64,000 nucleotides of DNA, from NCBI GenBank assembly GCA_958447445.1, contig CAUDAE010000001.1:6385-70384 (forward strand), given 5' to 3'. Shown here one piece after another: positions 37,734 to 47,324 of the stretch. The notes beneath the pieces were generated by a model. The model saw only the letters and a list, made by a program, of their open reading frames with translations. It was not told the origin of the DNA and did not search any database. The translations under genes and the position numbers were made by a program. This DNA comes from an uncultured Collinsella sp. (GTDB lineage: Bacteria; Actinomycetota; Coriobacteriia; Coriobacteriales; Coriobacteriaceae). Numbering within the stretch: the stretch's first letter is position 1; the number at the start of each line of letters is the position of its first letter.

Positions 37734-38488
37734 TGCGCGCCGGGGATTTTGTCGGCGCCAAGATCTATCGCAAGCCTACCGAGGACAAGCGCACCAAAAA
37801 GGACGGCACGCCGCGCAGCCCTAAAAAGCTCGGAAAGATTCACTTTCCGGTCTTTACCCCGGGCGGTACGCGCGTGGTCGGCTTTATGGTCCGCCAGTCC
37901 GATATCGCGGGCATGATCGAGCGTCCCGACCGATTCGTAGCGCTCGACGCCATTGGTGTCTACGAGGGCGCCATTGCGGTCGATGACGTCAAGGACACGT
38001 ACGATGCCGCCGCCGCCAAGCGCCTCGACATCAACCTGGACGATTGCATCATCTGGGTCGGTATGGACGTGCGCACGGAATCGGGCGACGTCGTGGGCTA
38101 TTGCTCGGATGTTGAGTTCAAGCCACGCTCGGGCATCGTGCAGGCATTCTATGTGACCGCCGGTGCTGCTTCGAGTGTTTTGGTCGGTGACACGCAGGTG
38201 CCGCCGACGATGCTGCGCGGCTACGAGAACGGCGCGATGGTCGTCTCGGACGAGGTCAAGTCGCTCGGGTATTCGGGCGGTGCGGCTGCCAAGGCCGCCG
38301 AGGCCAGCGTCGTGGTGGGCGACAAGGTCAAAAAGGGCGCCAAGGTGCTCGACGACAAGGGATCGGTTGCCGTGGACAAGGGCAGTCGCGCACTGGGCAA
38401 GCAGCTCGGCAAGACGCGCGGCATGTTCAAGGCCTTTAAGGACGAATACCAAAAGGCGAGCGGAGGCTCGTCAAAAGCTACAAAATAG
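37733..38488 (+). CDS. PRC-barrel domain protein
   Basis: GMDVRTESGDVVGYCSDVEF...G; two barrel-like segments. Confidence 0.7.
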   Translation: MRAGDFVGAKIYRKPTEDKRTKKDGTPRSPKKLGKIHFPVFTPGGTRVVGFMVRQSDIAGMIERPDRFVALDAIGVYEGAIAVDDVKDTYDAAAAKRLDINLDDCIIWVGMDVRTESGDVVGYCSDVEFKPRSGIVQAFYVTAGAASSVLVGDTQVPPTMLRGYENGAMVVSDEVKSLGYSGGAAAKAAEASVVVGDKVKKGAKVLDDKGSVAVDKGSRALGKQLGKTRGMFKAFKDEYQKASGGSSKATK

Positions 38489-38560
38489 CGACGTACCAAA
38501 TGATGGGAGGCAAGCCGGAGACCTGTTGCTCCGGCTTGCTGTGTTTATGGGGGAGGGCAC

Positions 38561-39967
38561 ATGCGCCAAAACGGATCCAACTTAAACGGGCGTTCGGGTG
38601 CGCGTCCGACGGCGCGCCGCGACCTGGGGCAGCTGCCCAGCGGTCAGCGCAAGCGTCACCGTAAGCCCGGCGCGATGTACCTCAACCATAGCCGCGGCTT
38701 TAGCGACCGCAGCGCTCGCATCGGCAACAGCCGCACACCCCGTCGTTCGTCTCGCCTGCCCTACGCGCTCATCGCCGTGGGTTGCGCGCTCGTGCTGTTT
38801 ATCGCTGCCGTCGTGGGCTACGTCAACCGCAGCGTGGACGTGGAGCTCAACGGCCAGAAGACCGCGGTGCGCGTGGGCTCTACGCTGCAGAATCTCATCG
38901 ACGAACAGGATTTGACTGGCACCTACGACGCAGGCGACCTGCTGGCCGTCGATGACAGCGTGCTCAAGCGCCATGGGGGCGAAAAGCTGTCGGTGAAGGT
39001 CGACGGCAAGCGCGTGAAGCAGGGCAAATGGGATAGCCGCGAACTCGAGGGCGGCGAGAAGGTGACGGTCAAGGATGGCCGTAACACCTACGAGAAGCAC
39101 GAGGTCCAGGCTACGGTTATCGAGCCCAAGCTCAAGGTCGAGGGCACGGGCGCTATCGAGTATGTGCAGACGTGGGGTGTCCAGGGCCGCTCCGAGGTGT
39201 GGGTTGGTGAGCAGTCGGGCAAGACGCAAGACCGCGGCGAGGTTGTGCCCGCCACCGATTGCGTCGTTGCGTGCGCCAGCGTGGCGCCCAAGGGCAACAA
39301 AAAGTACGTGGCGCTGACGTTTGACGAGGGTCCGAGCGGCGCCACCAAACAGATCTTGCAGGTGCTCAAGGAAAAGGGCGTCACCGCGACGTTCTTCCTT
39401 TCGGGCGATGCGGTCGAGGCCTCGCCTGCCACGGCCAAGGCGATTGCCGATGCCGGGTGCGAGATCGGATCCAACAGCTACAGCGACGATTCGCTCAAGG
39501 GTCAGGACCGTGAGGCGATACGCGAACAGATCACGAAAGGCACCGATGCGATTAAGTCGGCGACCGGCGTGAAGACGATGCTGCTGCGTGCTCCCTACGC
39601 TGCCTTTGACGAGCAAAACTGGATTGATTCGATGGACCTGGTCTCCGCCGTGGTCTCGTGGAATATTGACTCGGGCGACTGGCTGCTCAACGGTGCCGAC
39701 GAGCAGGTCTCGACGGTGCTCGATTCGGTGACGCCGGGCAATATCGTGCTGCTCACCGACAGAGACGAATGCGCCGAGCAGACGCTCGAGGCGCTGCCGC
39801 AGATTATCGACGGCCTCATTGCCGACGGCTACAAGATCGTGACGCTCAGCGACCTGGTCAAGACGGACACGTCGCTGAGCAAAAAGCTCACCTCGCTGAC
39901 GAAGGTCACCATGCCCAAGGATGCCGTGTTCCCCCAACTTGCCGAGGACGACGACACCACAGAGTAG
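38561..39967 (+). CDS. Membrane-anchored polysaccharide deacetylase (NodB/CE4)-like protein with degenerate active site
   Basis: VALTFDEGP, ATFF, RAPY, WNIDSGDW, IVLLTD. Confidence 0.8.
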   Translation: MRQNGSNLNGRSGARPTARRDLGQLPSGQRKRHRKPGAMYLNHSRGFSDRSARIGNSRTPRRSSRLPYALIAVGCALVLFIAAVVGYVNRSVDVELNGQKTAVRVGSTLQNLIDEQDLTGTYDAGDLLAVDDSVLKRHGGEKLSVKVDGKRVKQGKWDSRELEGGEKVTVKDGRNTYEKHEVQATVIEPKLKVEGTGAIEYVQTWGVQGRSEVWVGEQSGKTQDRGEVVPATDCVVACASVAPKGNKKYVALTFDEGPSGATKQILQVLKEKGVTATFFLSGDAVEASPATAKAIADAGCEIGSNSYSDDSLKGQDREAIREQITKGTDAIKSATGVKTMLLRAPYAAFDEQNWIDSMDLVSAVVSWNIDSGDWLLNGADEQVSTVLDSVTPGNIVLLTDRDECAEQTLEALPQIIDGLIADGYKIVTLSDLVKTDTSLSKKLTSLTKVTMPKDAVFPQLAEDDDTTE

Positions 39968-40004
39968 TCATTGGGTGGTCGTTTAAGAACGTCCCCAATG
40001 GCTA
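39965..40004. repeat. REP-like repeat (CTAG-bounded family)
   Basis: TAGTCATTGGG...GTCGTTTAAGAACGTCCCCAATGGCTA. Confidence 0.75.
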
Positions 40005-40123
40005 TGTCACGGATGCGTCAGCGTTTGGTATGCCTGCAATGTGCAGCGCATAAATTCGATGCCGCAGGGCGATGCTGATGCTATAGTTACTGCGGTTAAT
40101 GAGGGTCAAGAGAAAGGTTACAG

Positions 40124-40156
40124 GTGAAATCCAAACCTCGACCATACAGTCGATGA
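40124..40156 (+). other. Putative leader peptide MKSKPRPYSR upstream of mgtE
   Basis: GAAAGG-6 nt-GTG; downstream of an extended -10 TGCTATAGT; stop codon overlaps a hairpin. Confidence 0.45.
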
Positions 40157-40295
40157 CCCCATGCAGGTGCTTTTTGCGCATGCACGGGGTGTAAGCGTCG
40201 AGCGGCGTGCCGCCCGCGCATGCGTATACATATCCAGAAGCCCCCGGACGCCGCACGCGCGGCCGCGTTCGGAGGAATAATGATGGGGAGCACCA

Positions 40296-42140
40296 TTGAA
40301 TTATCTGAGTGAGATGCTCAAATTGCCGGTCTTGGACGTCGACGGCGAAAAGCTCGGCGTGGTCAACGATTTTGGTATTGCTACCGGCGAAGTTTTTCCG
40401 CACGTGACGTCGCTCGCGTTCCGCGGACCCGGCAAGACGCCGTTTATGATCAGCTGGCGCAAATGGGTCGACCGTATCGACGAGACGGGCGTACACCTTA
40501 AGACGTCGGCTACCGAAATTCGCTTTTCGTACCTGCAACCGACCGAACTCTTGCTTGCCTGTGACGTGCTCAACAAGCAGATTGTCGACACGCAGGGCAT
40601 GAAGGTCGTGCGCGTCAACGACATCAAGTTTTCCATGTCGGGCGAAAACCAGCTGCGCCTGCTGGGCGCCGAGGTCGGTGCTCGCGGTCTGCTACGCGCC
40701 ATCAGCCCCGCGCTCGAGCATATCGTCGAAGGCTTTATGAAGCACCTGGGCAAGCCGCTCAGTGAGGACATCATCGCTTGGTCCTACATGGACCTGCTCG
40801 ACCGCTCGACCAAGAACATCCAGCTCTCGGTGTCGCACAAGACGCTTGGTGAGCTGCACCCTGCCGACATCGCCGACATCATCGAGCAGCTCGACCCGCG
40901 CCTACGTGCGCAGGTGTTTGCGCAGCTCGATACTGCCCAGGCCGCCGAGGCCATCTCGGAGTTCGATGACGACGAGCTTATGACCGAGATGCTCGAGGGC
41001 CTGTCCGACACGGACGCATCGTCGATGCTGGCCATGATGGACCCGGACGATGCAGCTGACCTGATCGACGAGCTCGATTACGAGAAGGCCGAGAAGCTCC
41101 TGCGCCTGATGGGCGTCAAGGAGGAGAAGGCGATTCGTAACCTGCTGGGGTATGAGGACAACACCGCCGGCCGCATCATGACCTCGGAGTTTGTCTCCCT
41201 GCCCGCCACGGCAACGGTCGGCGATGCCATCGAGGCGATTCGCGAGCTCGACGAGGACTTCGAGAGCGTCTACTACGTCTATACCGAGGATCCGAGCGGC
41301 ATGCTGACCGGCGTGCTCTCGCTGCGCACGCTGATCGTAGCCGACCGCGACGCCACGCTGGGCCAGCTGGCCTATCGCGACCTGGTCTATGTGTCGCCCG
41401 ACGAGGACCAGGAAGACGTGACGGACGAGATGACCAAGTACGACCTGGTTGCCATCCCTGTCTGCGACGAGAACCGTCATATCCTGGGCATCGTGACCTT
41501 CGACGACGCCATGGACGTTATCGCCGAGGAGCATCAGGAGGACCTGCAGATCGCCGGTGTCGGCTCGGGCGATAGCGCGTCGGACGACTCGACGAACGTG
41601 CTCAGCTGGTTCGTGCATCGCCAGTACTGGGTTGTCGTGTGGGGCATTGCCTCGTGCATCATGGCAACGGTGCTGGGGACGGCGCTCGGCTCCGCCCATC
41701 TGGTGGTGTTCCCCATGTGCGCCATGCCGCTCGTGCTGCTTGCTGCCTCGCGCATGGTGTCGTTCGTCAAGAACTACTTCTTGGAGTATGACGGTCACGA
41801 CGACGAACCCAAGCCATATCTGGGGTTCTTCTTCCAGAGCACGGGCATGGGCCTGATTCTGTCACTCGTGACCTATCTGTGCGCCCAGCTGGTGCGCACC
41901 GCCGCGTTTCCCGATGCGCCCATGTTTGAGGAGCAGCTCTTTACCGGCTGCTTTAATATCGCTGCCATCATTTGCCTGGTTGGCAACATGAGCGCCGTGA
42001 TTTACCTGATGGTGCTGTTCTGGCGTGACGAGCATGACCTCAACACGTCGGGCACCGCCATGAACGTTATTGCCGTCATGATCTCGTGCATAGCGTACTG
42101 CGCCGCTGCGGTGCTGCTCACCATGTCGGTCATGGGTTAG
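40296..42140 (+). CDS. mgtE: MgtE-like protein (PRC, MgtE-N, CBS pair, divergent TM region)
   Basis: LHPADIADIIE, MDPDDAADL, TAGRIMTSEF, YVYT, KYDLVAIPV, GIVTFDD; TTG start after GGGGAG. Confidence 0.75.
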   Translation: MNYLSEMLKLPVLDVDGEKLGVVNDFGIATGEVFPHVTSLAFRGPGKTPFMISWRKWVDRIDETGVHLKTSATEIRFSYLQPTELLLACDVLNKQIVDTQGMKVVRVNDIKFSMSGENQLRLLGAEVGARGLLRAISPALEHIVEGFMKHLGKPLSEDIIAWSYMDLLDRSTKNIQLSVSHKTLGELHPADIADIIEQLDPRLRAQVFAQLDTAQAAEAISEFDDDELMTEMLEGLSDTDASSMLAMMDPDDAADLIDELDYEKAEKLLRLMGVKEEKAIRNLLGYEDNTAGRIMTSEFVSLPATATVGDAIEAIRELDEDFESVYYVYTEDPSGMLTGVLSLRTLIVADRDATLGQLAYRDLVYVSPDEDQEDVTDEMTKYDLVAIPVCDENRHILGIVTFDDAMDVIAEEHQEDLQIAGVGSGDSASDDSTNVLSWFVHRQYWVVVWGIASCIMATVLGTALGSAHLVVFPMCAMPLVLLAASRMVSFVKNYFLEYDGHDDEPKPYLGFFFQSTGMGLILSLVTYLCAQLVRTAAFPDAPMFEEQLFTGCFNIAAIICLVGNMSAVIYLMVLFWRDEHDLNTSGTAMNVIAVMISCIAYCAAAVLLTMSVMG

Positions 42141-42148
42141 GTGGTCGC

Positions 42149-43411
42149 GTGCAAAATACCAAGCAAAAGTCGGGCACCAAGCAAAAGTTGACCATCGCGG
42201 CCATCTTTGGCGCTATGGGTCCCGGTCTGCTGGCGGCGCTTTCGGGCAATGACGCCGGCGGCATTGCAACGTATTCCAGCGCGGGCGCCAGCTATGGCTA
42301 CAAGATGCTCTGGATGCTTCCCGTCATGACTGTGCTGCTCATCGTGACGCAGGAGACCGCGGCGCGCTGCGGCTGCGTCACGGGCAAGGGCCTGGCATCG
42401 CTCATTCGCGAACGCTTTGGCGTGCGCAAGAGTGTACTTGCTATGGCGGCGCTGTTGATCGCCAACACGGCTGTGACCATTTCGGAGTTTGCGGGCATCG
42501 CCAGCGGCCTTGCTCTCTTTGGCGTGCCGGCGAGCATCTCGGTGCCGTTGGTAGCGCTGCTGGTGTGGATGCTTACCATGTCGGGTAGTTTCCAGCGCAT
42601 CGAGAAGATTCTGCTGCTGGTGAGCTGCGTGTTCGTGACCTATATTGTCGCCGCGTTTATGGCTGGCCCCAACTGGGGTGAGGTCGCGGTCGACCTGGTC
42701 GTGCCTAACATTCAAAATGACCCCAGCTACGTGTCGCTCGTGGTCGCAACGATCGGTACCACCATCGCGCCGTGGATGATTTTCTTGGCGCAGAACAACG
42801 TGGTCGATAAGAACGCGGGCGAGGACGATATCGTGCTGCAGCGCATCGATACTGTGAGCGGCTCGCTTGCCGCCGATATCATTGCCGGCTTTATTATCAT
42901 CACGACCGGTACGGTGTTGTTCCCGGCGGGCATTCAGATTAGCGATGCCGCCGATGCCGCCCGCGCACTGGAGCCCATCGCGGGCCAGTGGTCCACGGTA
43001 CTGTTTGCTTCGGGCCTGGTCGCGGCGAGCTTCTTGGCCGCCTGCGTGCTGCCGGGCGTTACGTCGAGCGCTATCTGCGAGGCATTTGGCTGGGAGCGCG
43101 GTGCCGACCGCAGCTGGGACGAGGCCCCGGTTTACCGCGGCATCATTACGGCCATCATCGGTATCTCTGCCGTGCTGGTGCTTATGCCCGGCGTCGATCT
43201 GTTCCAGATTATGATGACCTCGCAGGTCATCAATGGCGTGCTACTGCCCGTGGTTCTGGTGTTTCAGGTGGTTATCGCCGCCGACCGTCACATCATGGGT
43301 GCCAACCGCAATGGCCGCGTGTGGAACGTGCTCACTTGGGCGACTATCGCCGTGATTACGGTGCTGACAGTCGTCATGTTTGTGCTGCAAGCGATGGGCT
43401 ACAGCGCTTAA
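42149..43411 (+). CDS. Nramp-related magnesium transporter (NRMT-type SLC11)
   Basis: GPGLL...GNDAGGIATYS (DAGG instead of DPGN), GCVTGKGL, GTTIAPW (Met of the GAxIMPH motif absent), SQVING. Confidence 0.85.
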   Translation: MQNTKQKSGTKQKLTIAAIFGAMGPGLLAALSGNDAGGIATYSSAGASYGYKMLWMLPVMTVLLIVTQETAARCGCVTGKGLASLIRERFGVRKSVLAMAALLIANTAVTISEFAGIASGLALFGVPASISVPLVALLVWMLTMSGSFQRIEKILLLVSCVFVTYIVAAFMAGPNWGEVAVDLVVPNIQNDPSYVSLVVATIGTTIAPWMIFLAQNNVVDKNAGEDDIVLQRIDTVSGSLAADIIAGFIIITTGTVLFPAGIQISDAADAARALEPIAGQWSTVLFASGLVAASFLAACVLPGVTSSAICEAFGWERGADRSWDEAPVYRGIITAIIGISAVLVLMPGVDLFQIMMTSQVINGVLLPVVLVFQVVIAADRHIMGANRNGRVWNVLTWATIAVITVLTVVMFVLQAMGYSA

Positions 43412-43429
43412 CGCCCACTTTTGCTTCCG

Positions 43430-43464
43430 AACAGGCCGCAGCGATGGGCTGCGGCCTGTTTTTT
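43430..43464 (+). terminator. Intrinsic terminator
   Basis: AACAGGCCGCAGC...GCTGCGGCCTGTT plus T run. Confidence 0.8.
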
Positions 43465-43498
43465 GTCTGCTATAGGGTGTTAGTTATATAGCAATGGA

Positions 43499-43717
43499 CA
43501 AAAAATGCCAAATATGAGTACTGTTGCTAAGTGAATAGCATTTACATCCTAAAAGATAATGAACATAGCCTTTAGTATGTTCATTAAAATTGGCTCCAAT
43601 ACGCCTTAACCAGTCAGGTTGGCTGCTTTAGGGGGTTGTAGGGGTCGCTCGGACGTCATTTTGGGTGGTTTTGCCTGCTACTAAAATGGTAACAGTACTC
43701 ATATTTGCCCTTTTTTG
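43499..43717. repeat. 219-bp AT-rich element with 29-bp terminal inverted repeats (MITE-like)
   Basis: CAAAAAATGCCAAATATGAGTACTGTTGC versus reverse complement CAAAAAAGGGCAAATATGAGTACTGTTAC (3 mismatches). Confidence 0.7.
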
Positions 43718-43927
43718 CCCACAGACCTTTGAGGGTGCGGCGAAAAGGGCTTGTTTTGATTGTTTGGGGCAGGCACGAGGCGCGGAAACGATGTCTGGAG
43801 CGACGGAGCGGCCTGGAATTCATCCGTAGAGGTCTTCATTGGCTGCGCCAGGAGTGTCCCTAACTGCCGGAGGGGGTGTCTGTCGTGGCAGACACCCGCT
43901 CCGGATGTGGGAGGTTTGCGCTGCAGG

Positions 43928-46144
43928 TTACTTGTCGGTGCCCAGCTTGTGCGGCTTGAGAGCGAGCGCATTGACGAGTGCGTCGGTGACAGACTTGACG
44001 GCTGCCGGCTGCGGATCATTGACGTGATCCTCGGGGTGTACGGGCAGGTCCTTCTTGACGGCATCGTGGATCAAGTTGAGGTACTCAGTCACGCCGGTGG
44101 TCGATAGGTGCGTGCCATCGCCATCGAACAGGTCGTTGCGGTTGGCACTGTATCCGTACCAATCGATAACGCGTACGTTCTTGTAGCGCGTAGCGGCGTT
44201 GGCGATGGCCTGGTTGGTAGAGCCAACCCACGGCTGCGGGCTGCGCGTGTTCACAAACACCACAATACGCTTATCTCCTGCATCGGCCATGATGGCGTCG
44301 ATCTGGTCGTCGGTTACCAAGCCGTTGGTGCCCAGAGCAAAGACCACGATCTTGCCGGCAAGGTTCTGCTGGATATAGCCCTCAAATGTCGCGCGGCCCG
44401 CATCGAACTGGCGGCCCTTTTCGGCATCGATATGGCTGTGCGGGAACACGCCGTCAAAGGTGTCCACGGCACGCAGTGACACGGAGTCGCCGATCATAAG
44501 CAGATCGTAGGAGCCATCGGGGAAGCCGTCGTTGTCCTTGTCGGTGTCGTCGGCCGCCTGCTGGTCGGTGGGCGCGGTGTTCTTGGTTTCCTTGTTCAGA
44601 ACTTCGGCGCCCTCGCCGCTCAGCGCAGACGTCTCGGGCACAAAGATCAGGCCGCCCAGTGCAACGACCAACACGACAGCGCAGGCTGCGCAGACAGGGA
44701 CGTGCGCGCGTGCCCAGTTGGCGGGCGCGGTGGTGCCGTCGCGGAACTCGGATACGGTGCGCCCAAAGGCGCCCTTTCTAAACGGCGTCTCGATAAAGCG
44801 ATAGCAGCACTCTGCCACGGCGACCACCAACAGCACCTGCAAAATGTACTGCCACCACGGTGTATCGTTGATGTTGGCGACCGGGTTCATAAGCAACAGC
44901 AGCGGATAGTGCCACAGGTAGATGCTGTACGAGCGCTTGCCAACCCACACGAGCGGCTCGGCGGACAGCGCGCGAGCAACCATTCCCTGGGGCTGCACGC
45001 AGGCCGCGATGACCATGAGCGTGAGGATGGAGCATAACAGCGTGCCGCCGCGATACTGGAACGCGGTGTAGCCGTTGGTGAGCGCGACCATGGCGGCAAG
45101 GCCAACCAGACCCACGACGCCCAACACATCGATGGATGCGGGCGAGGACCAAAAACGCACGAGGGCGCTCGGCTGTGCCGGGGCGGTCTCGGCTGCTTCG
45201 TCGGCCTTCTCGCCAGGCTTGCCCTCGGCGTTCTTGCCGTGCTTGGCGGCGCCAGCTAGGCGATTGAGCCCCAAACGACGAGCGAGACGCACCGGCGCCA
45301 GGTCGCGATCGGGGATAAAGGCCATCCAGGCACCCAGCAGCAGCGAGAACACACGGGTGTCGGTGCCGTAGTACACGCGGCTGGGGTCGACGGCAGGGTT
45401 GTAAAGCACCATCATGGCAAGGGCAGATACCGCGGCAAGGCCTAGAACCACGCGGCGCGTGTTGGGTTTGCTCACATGCATGGATACCATGGCAAACAGC
45501 AGCGGCGGCCAAATCAGGTAGAACTGTTCCTCGATGGCAAGCGACCAAAAGTGCGTGAGCGGCGAGGGGTCGCCCAGAGCATTGAAGTACGAGACGTTTT
45601 GGGCAATCTGCCACCAGTTGTTAAAGAACAGCAGTGACGGCAGAATGTCGGGGCGCATCTTGGTGAGCATCACGTGGTTGAAGACGGTGCACAGCGCACA
45701 GGTCACCACCACGACGGTTACCACGGCGGGGACCAGGCGACGGATGCGGCGGATCCAGAAGCTCTTGAGGTCGATGCGGCCGGTCTTAGCGACTTCGTTG
45801 AGTAGCAGGCGTGTGATCAGATAGCCCGAAAGCACAAAGAAGATCGTGACGCCGAGCAGACCGCCCTGCGCCCACGTGAGGTTGAGGTGATAGAGCACCA
45901 CCGCGACGACGGCAAGCGTGCGCAGGCCGTCAAGGGCAGGGATGTAGCGGGACTTGGGGCGAGCAGGCGTCTGCTCCGCGGCGGGAGTGTTGGCGCGGCC
46001 CGCGTTGTTGGCAGAAGCACGATGGGGGCTCGCGGTGCGTCGCGGTTCGTTGGCACGGCGTTCACCCTTCACGCGTTCGTGCGGTGCCGGCTCGTTGCCC
46101 ATGCGGCGTCGACCGCGCGAGCCCGATTGCGAGAGTTGTTCCAT
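43928..46144 (-). CDS. oatA: Peptidoglycan/cell-wall O-acetyltransferase (acyltransferase-3 + SGNH)
   Basis: LDGLR, FFVLSGYLIT, RRIRRL, HFWSLAIEEQFY, YYGTDTR, SYSIYLWH; GDS, LGTN, DGTH. Confidence 0.85.
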   Translation of the reverse strand: MEQLSQSGSRGRRRMGNEPAPHERVKGERRANEPRRTASPHRASANNAGRANTPAAEQTPARPKSRYIPALDGLRTLAVVAVVLYHLNLTWAQGGLLGVTIFFVLSGYLITRLLLNEVAKTGRIDLKSFWIRRIRRLVPAVVTVVVVTCALCTVFNHVMLTKMRPDILPSLLFFNNWWQIAQNVSYFNALGDPSPLTHFWSLAIEEQFYLIWPPLLFAMVSMHVSKPNTRRVVLGLAAVSALAMMVLYNPAVDPSRVYYGTDTRVFSLLLGAWMAFIPDRDLAPVRLARRLGLNRLAGAAKHGKNAEGKPGEKADEAAETAPAQPSALVRFWSSPASIDVLGVVGLVGLAAMVALTNGYTAFQYRGGTLLCSILTLMVIAACVQPQGMVARALSAEPLVWVGKRSYSIYLWHYPLLLLMNPVANINDTPWWQYILQVLLVVAVAECCYRFIETPFRKGAFGRTVSEFRDGTTAPANWARAHVPVCAACAVVLVVALGGLIFVPETSALSGEGAEVLNKETKNTAPTDQQAADDTDKDNDGFPDGSYDLLMIGDSVSLRAVDTFDGVFPHSHIDAEKGRQFDAGRATFEGYIQQNLAGKIVVFALGTNGLVTDDQIDAIMADAGDKRIVVFVNTRSPQPWVGSTNQAIANAATRYKNVRVIDWYGYSANRNDLFDGDGTHLSTTGVTEYLNLIHDAVKKDLPVHPEDHVNDPQPAAVKSVTDALVNALALKPHKLGTDK

Positions 46145-46331
46145 AAAACATCATCCAATGACGAGAATAATCAGCACGCCTTCATTGTAACTGCCTGCTC
46201 CTGTGAATGCTTGCTGCTGGCGCAAGCTCAAGCGCGCGTCCACATCAAAGTGAACTAAAGTTATAGGGGGTGCGAGAGTGCACGATCGACGGCCGACGGT
46301 GGGCATAAGGCCCGCAGACGAGGAGGTTTCC

Positions 46332-47294
46332 ATGGCAGATCGCAGCATCGTTGCGGTGTTCGGCAGCATGAACATGGACCTTTCGGTGGCGTGCGAGCGC
46401 ATGCCGCGCGCGGGCGAGACCGTCGGTGGCAGCGGGTTTATCACCAACGCCGGTGGCAAGGGCGCCAATCAGGCCGTAGCTGCCGCGCGTATGGGCGCGT
46501 GCACGCACATGATCGGCGCGGTCGGTCGCGACGCGTTTGGCGCGTCGCTCGTGGCGGGGCTCCAAGACGCCGGCGTGGACTGTGACTTTGTAGTGCATCG
46601 CGATGACGTGGAGACGGGAACGGCGACCATTATTCGCTGCGAGGGCGACAACCGCATCATACTGTCACCGGGCGCCAACCATGCGCTTGCGGGCGCGGAC
46701 GTTGCCTGCGCGCTGAGGCGTCTGGTGGCCCATGAGCTCGACGGCGACGCCAGCGAGATTGCCCCGGCTGCCGGAAGCGTCTTTATCGCCCAGGGCGAAT
46801 GTGACCTTGCGGCGACGGCCGAGGCGCTTGTTTGCGCTCACGAGCTGGGGTTCTATGCGGTCTTTAATCCAGCGCCCGCCTGCGAGCTGCCTGCGGAGGT
46901 CTGGCCTGCGGTCGACTTGGTCTGCCCCAACGAGACCGAGTGCCAGGTGCTGACGGGCATTCTGCCCACGGATGATGTGAGTTGCGTCGCCGCGCTCAAT
47001 GCGCTGCTCGACAAGGGTGCCGGAGCTGCGGTCATCACGTTGGGCGGTGCCGGCTCGGTTACGCTCGGCGATGGCGGTGAGCTGCTGCGCATGCCGGCAC
47101 TTTCGAGTACGGTAGTCGATACCACGGCCGCCGGCGATACGTTTATCGGCGCGTTGGCGGCGGCTCGCCTAGAGGGCTTGCCGCTCTTTGAGTGCATGGC
47201 CGCGGGTGCTCGCGCCTCGGCAGTGACGGTGTCGCGCCTGGGCGCTCAGCAATCGATTCCCACGCGCGCCGAAGTTGAACATTGGTTTGGTTAA
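46332..47294 (+). CDS. rbsK: Ribokinase (PfkB family)
   Basis: [41 protein letters not shown]. Confidence 0.88.
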   Translation: MADRSIVAVFGSMNMDLSVACERMPRAGETVGGSGFITNAGGKGANQAVAAARMGACTHMIGAVGRDAFGASLVAGLQDAGVDCDFVVHRDDVETGTATIIRCEGDNRIILSPGANHALAGADVACALRRLVAHELDGDASEIAPAAGSVFIAQGECDLAATAEALVCAHELGFYAVFNPAPACELPAEVWPAVDLVCPNETECQVLTGILPTDDVSCVAALNALLDKGAGAAVITLGGAGSVTLGDGGELLRMPALSSTVVDTTAAGDTFIGALAAARLEGLPLFECMAAGARASAVTVSRLGAQQSIPTRAEVEHWFG

Positions 47295-47324
47295 ACGATA
47301 AAGACGGAGAAGCGGAGTAGAACA

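Noticed and set aside
40090..40295. M-box (ykoK) riboswitch or 6S RNA
   Set aside because: I could not match their conserved motifs by eye; an Rfam scan is needed to exclude them formally
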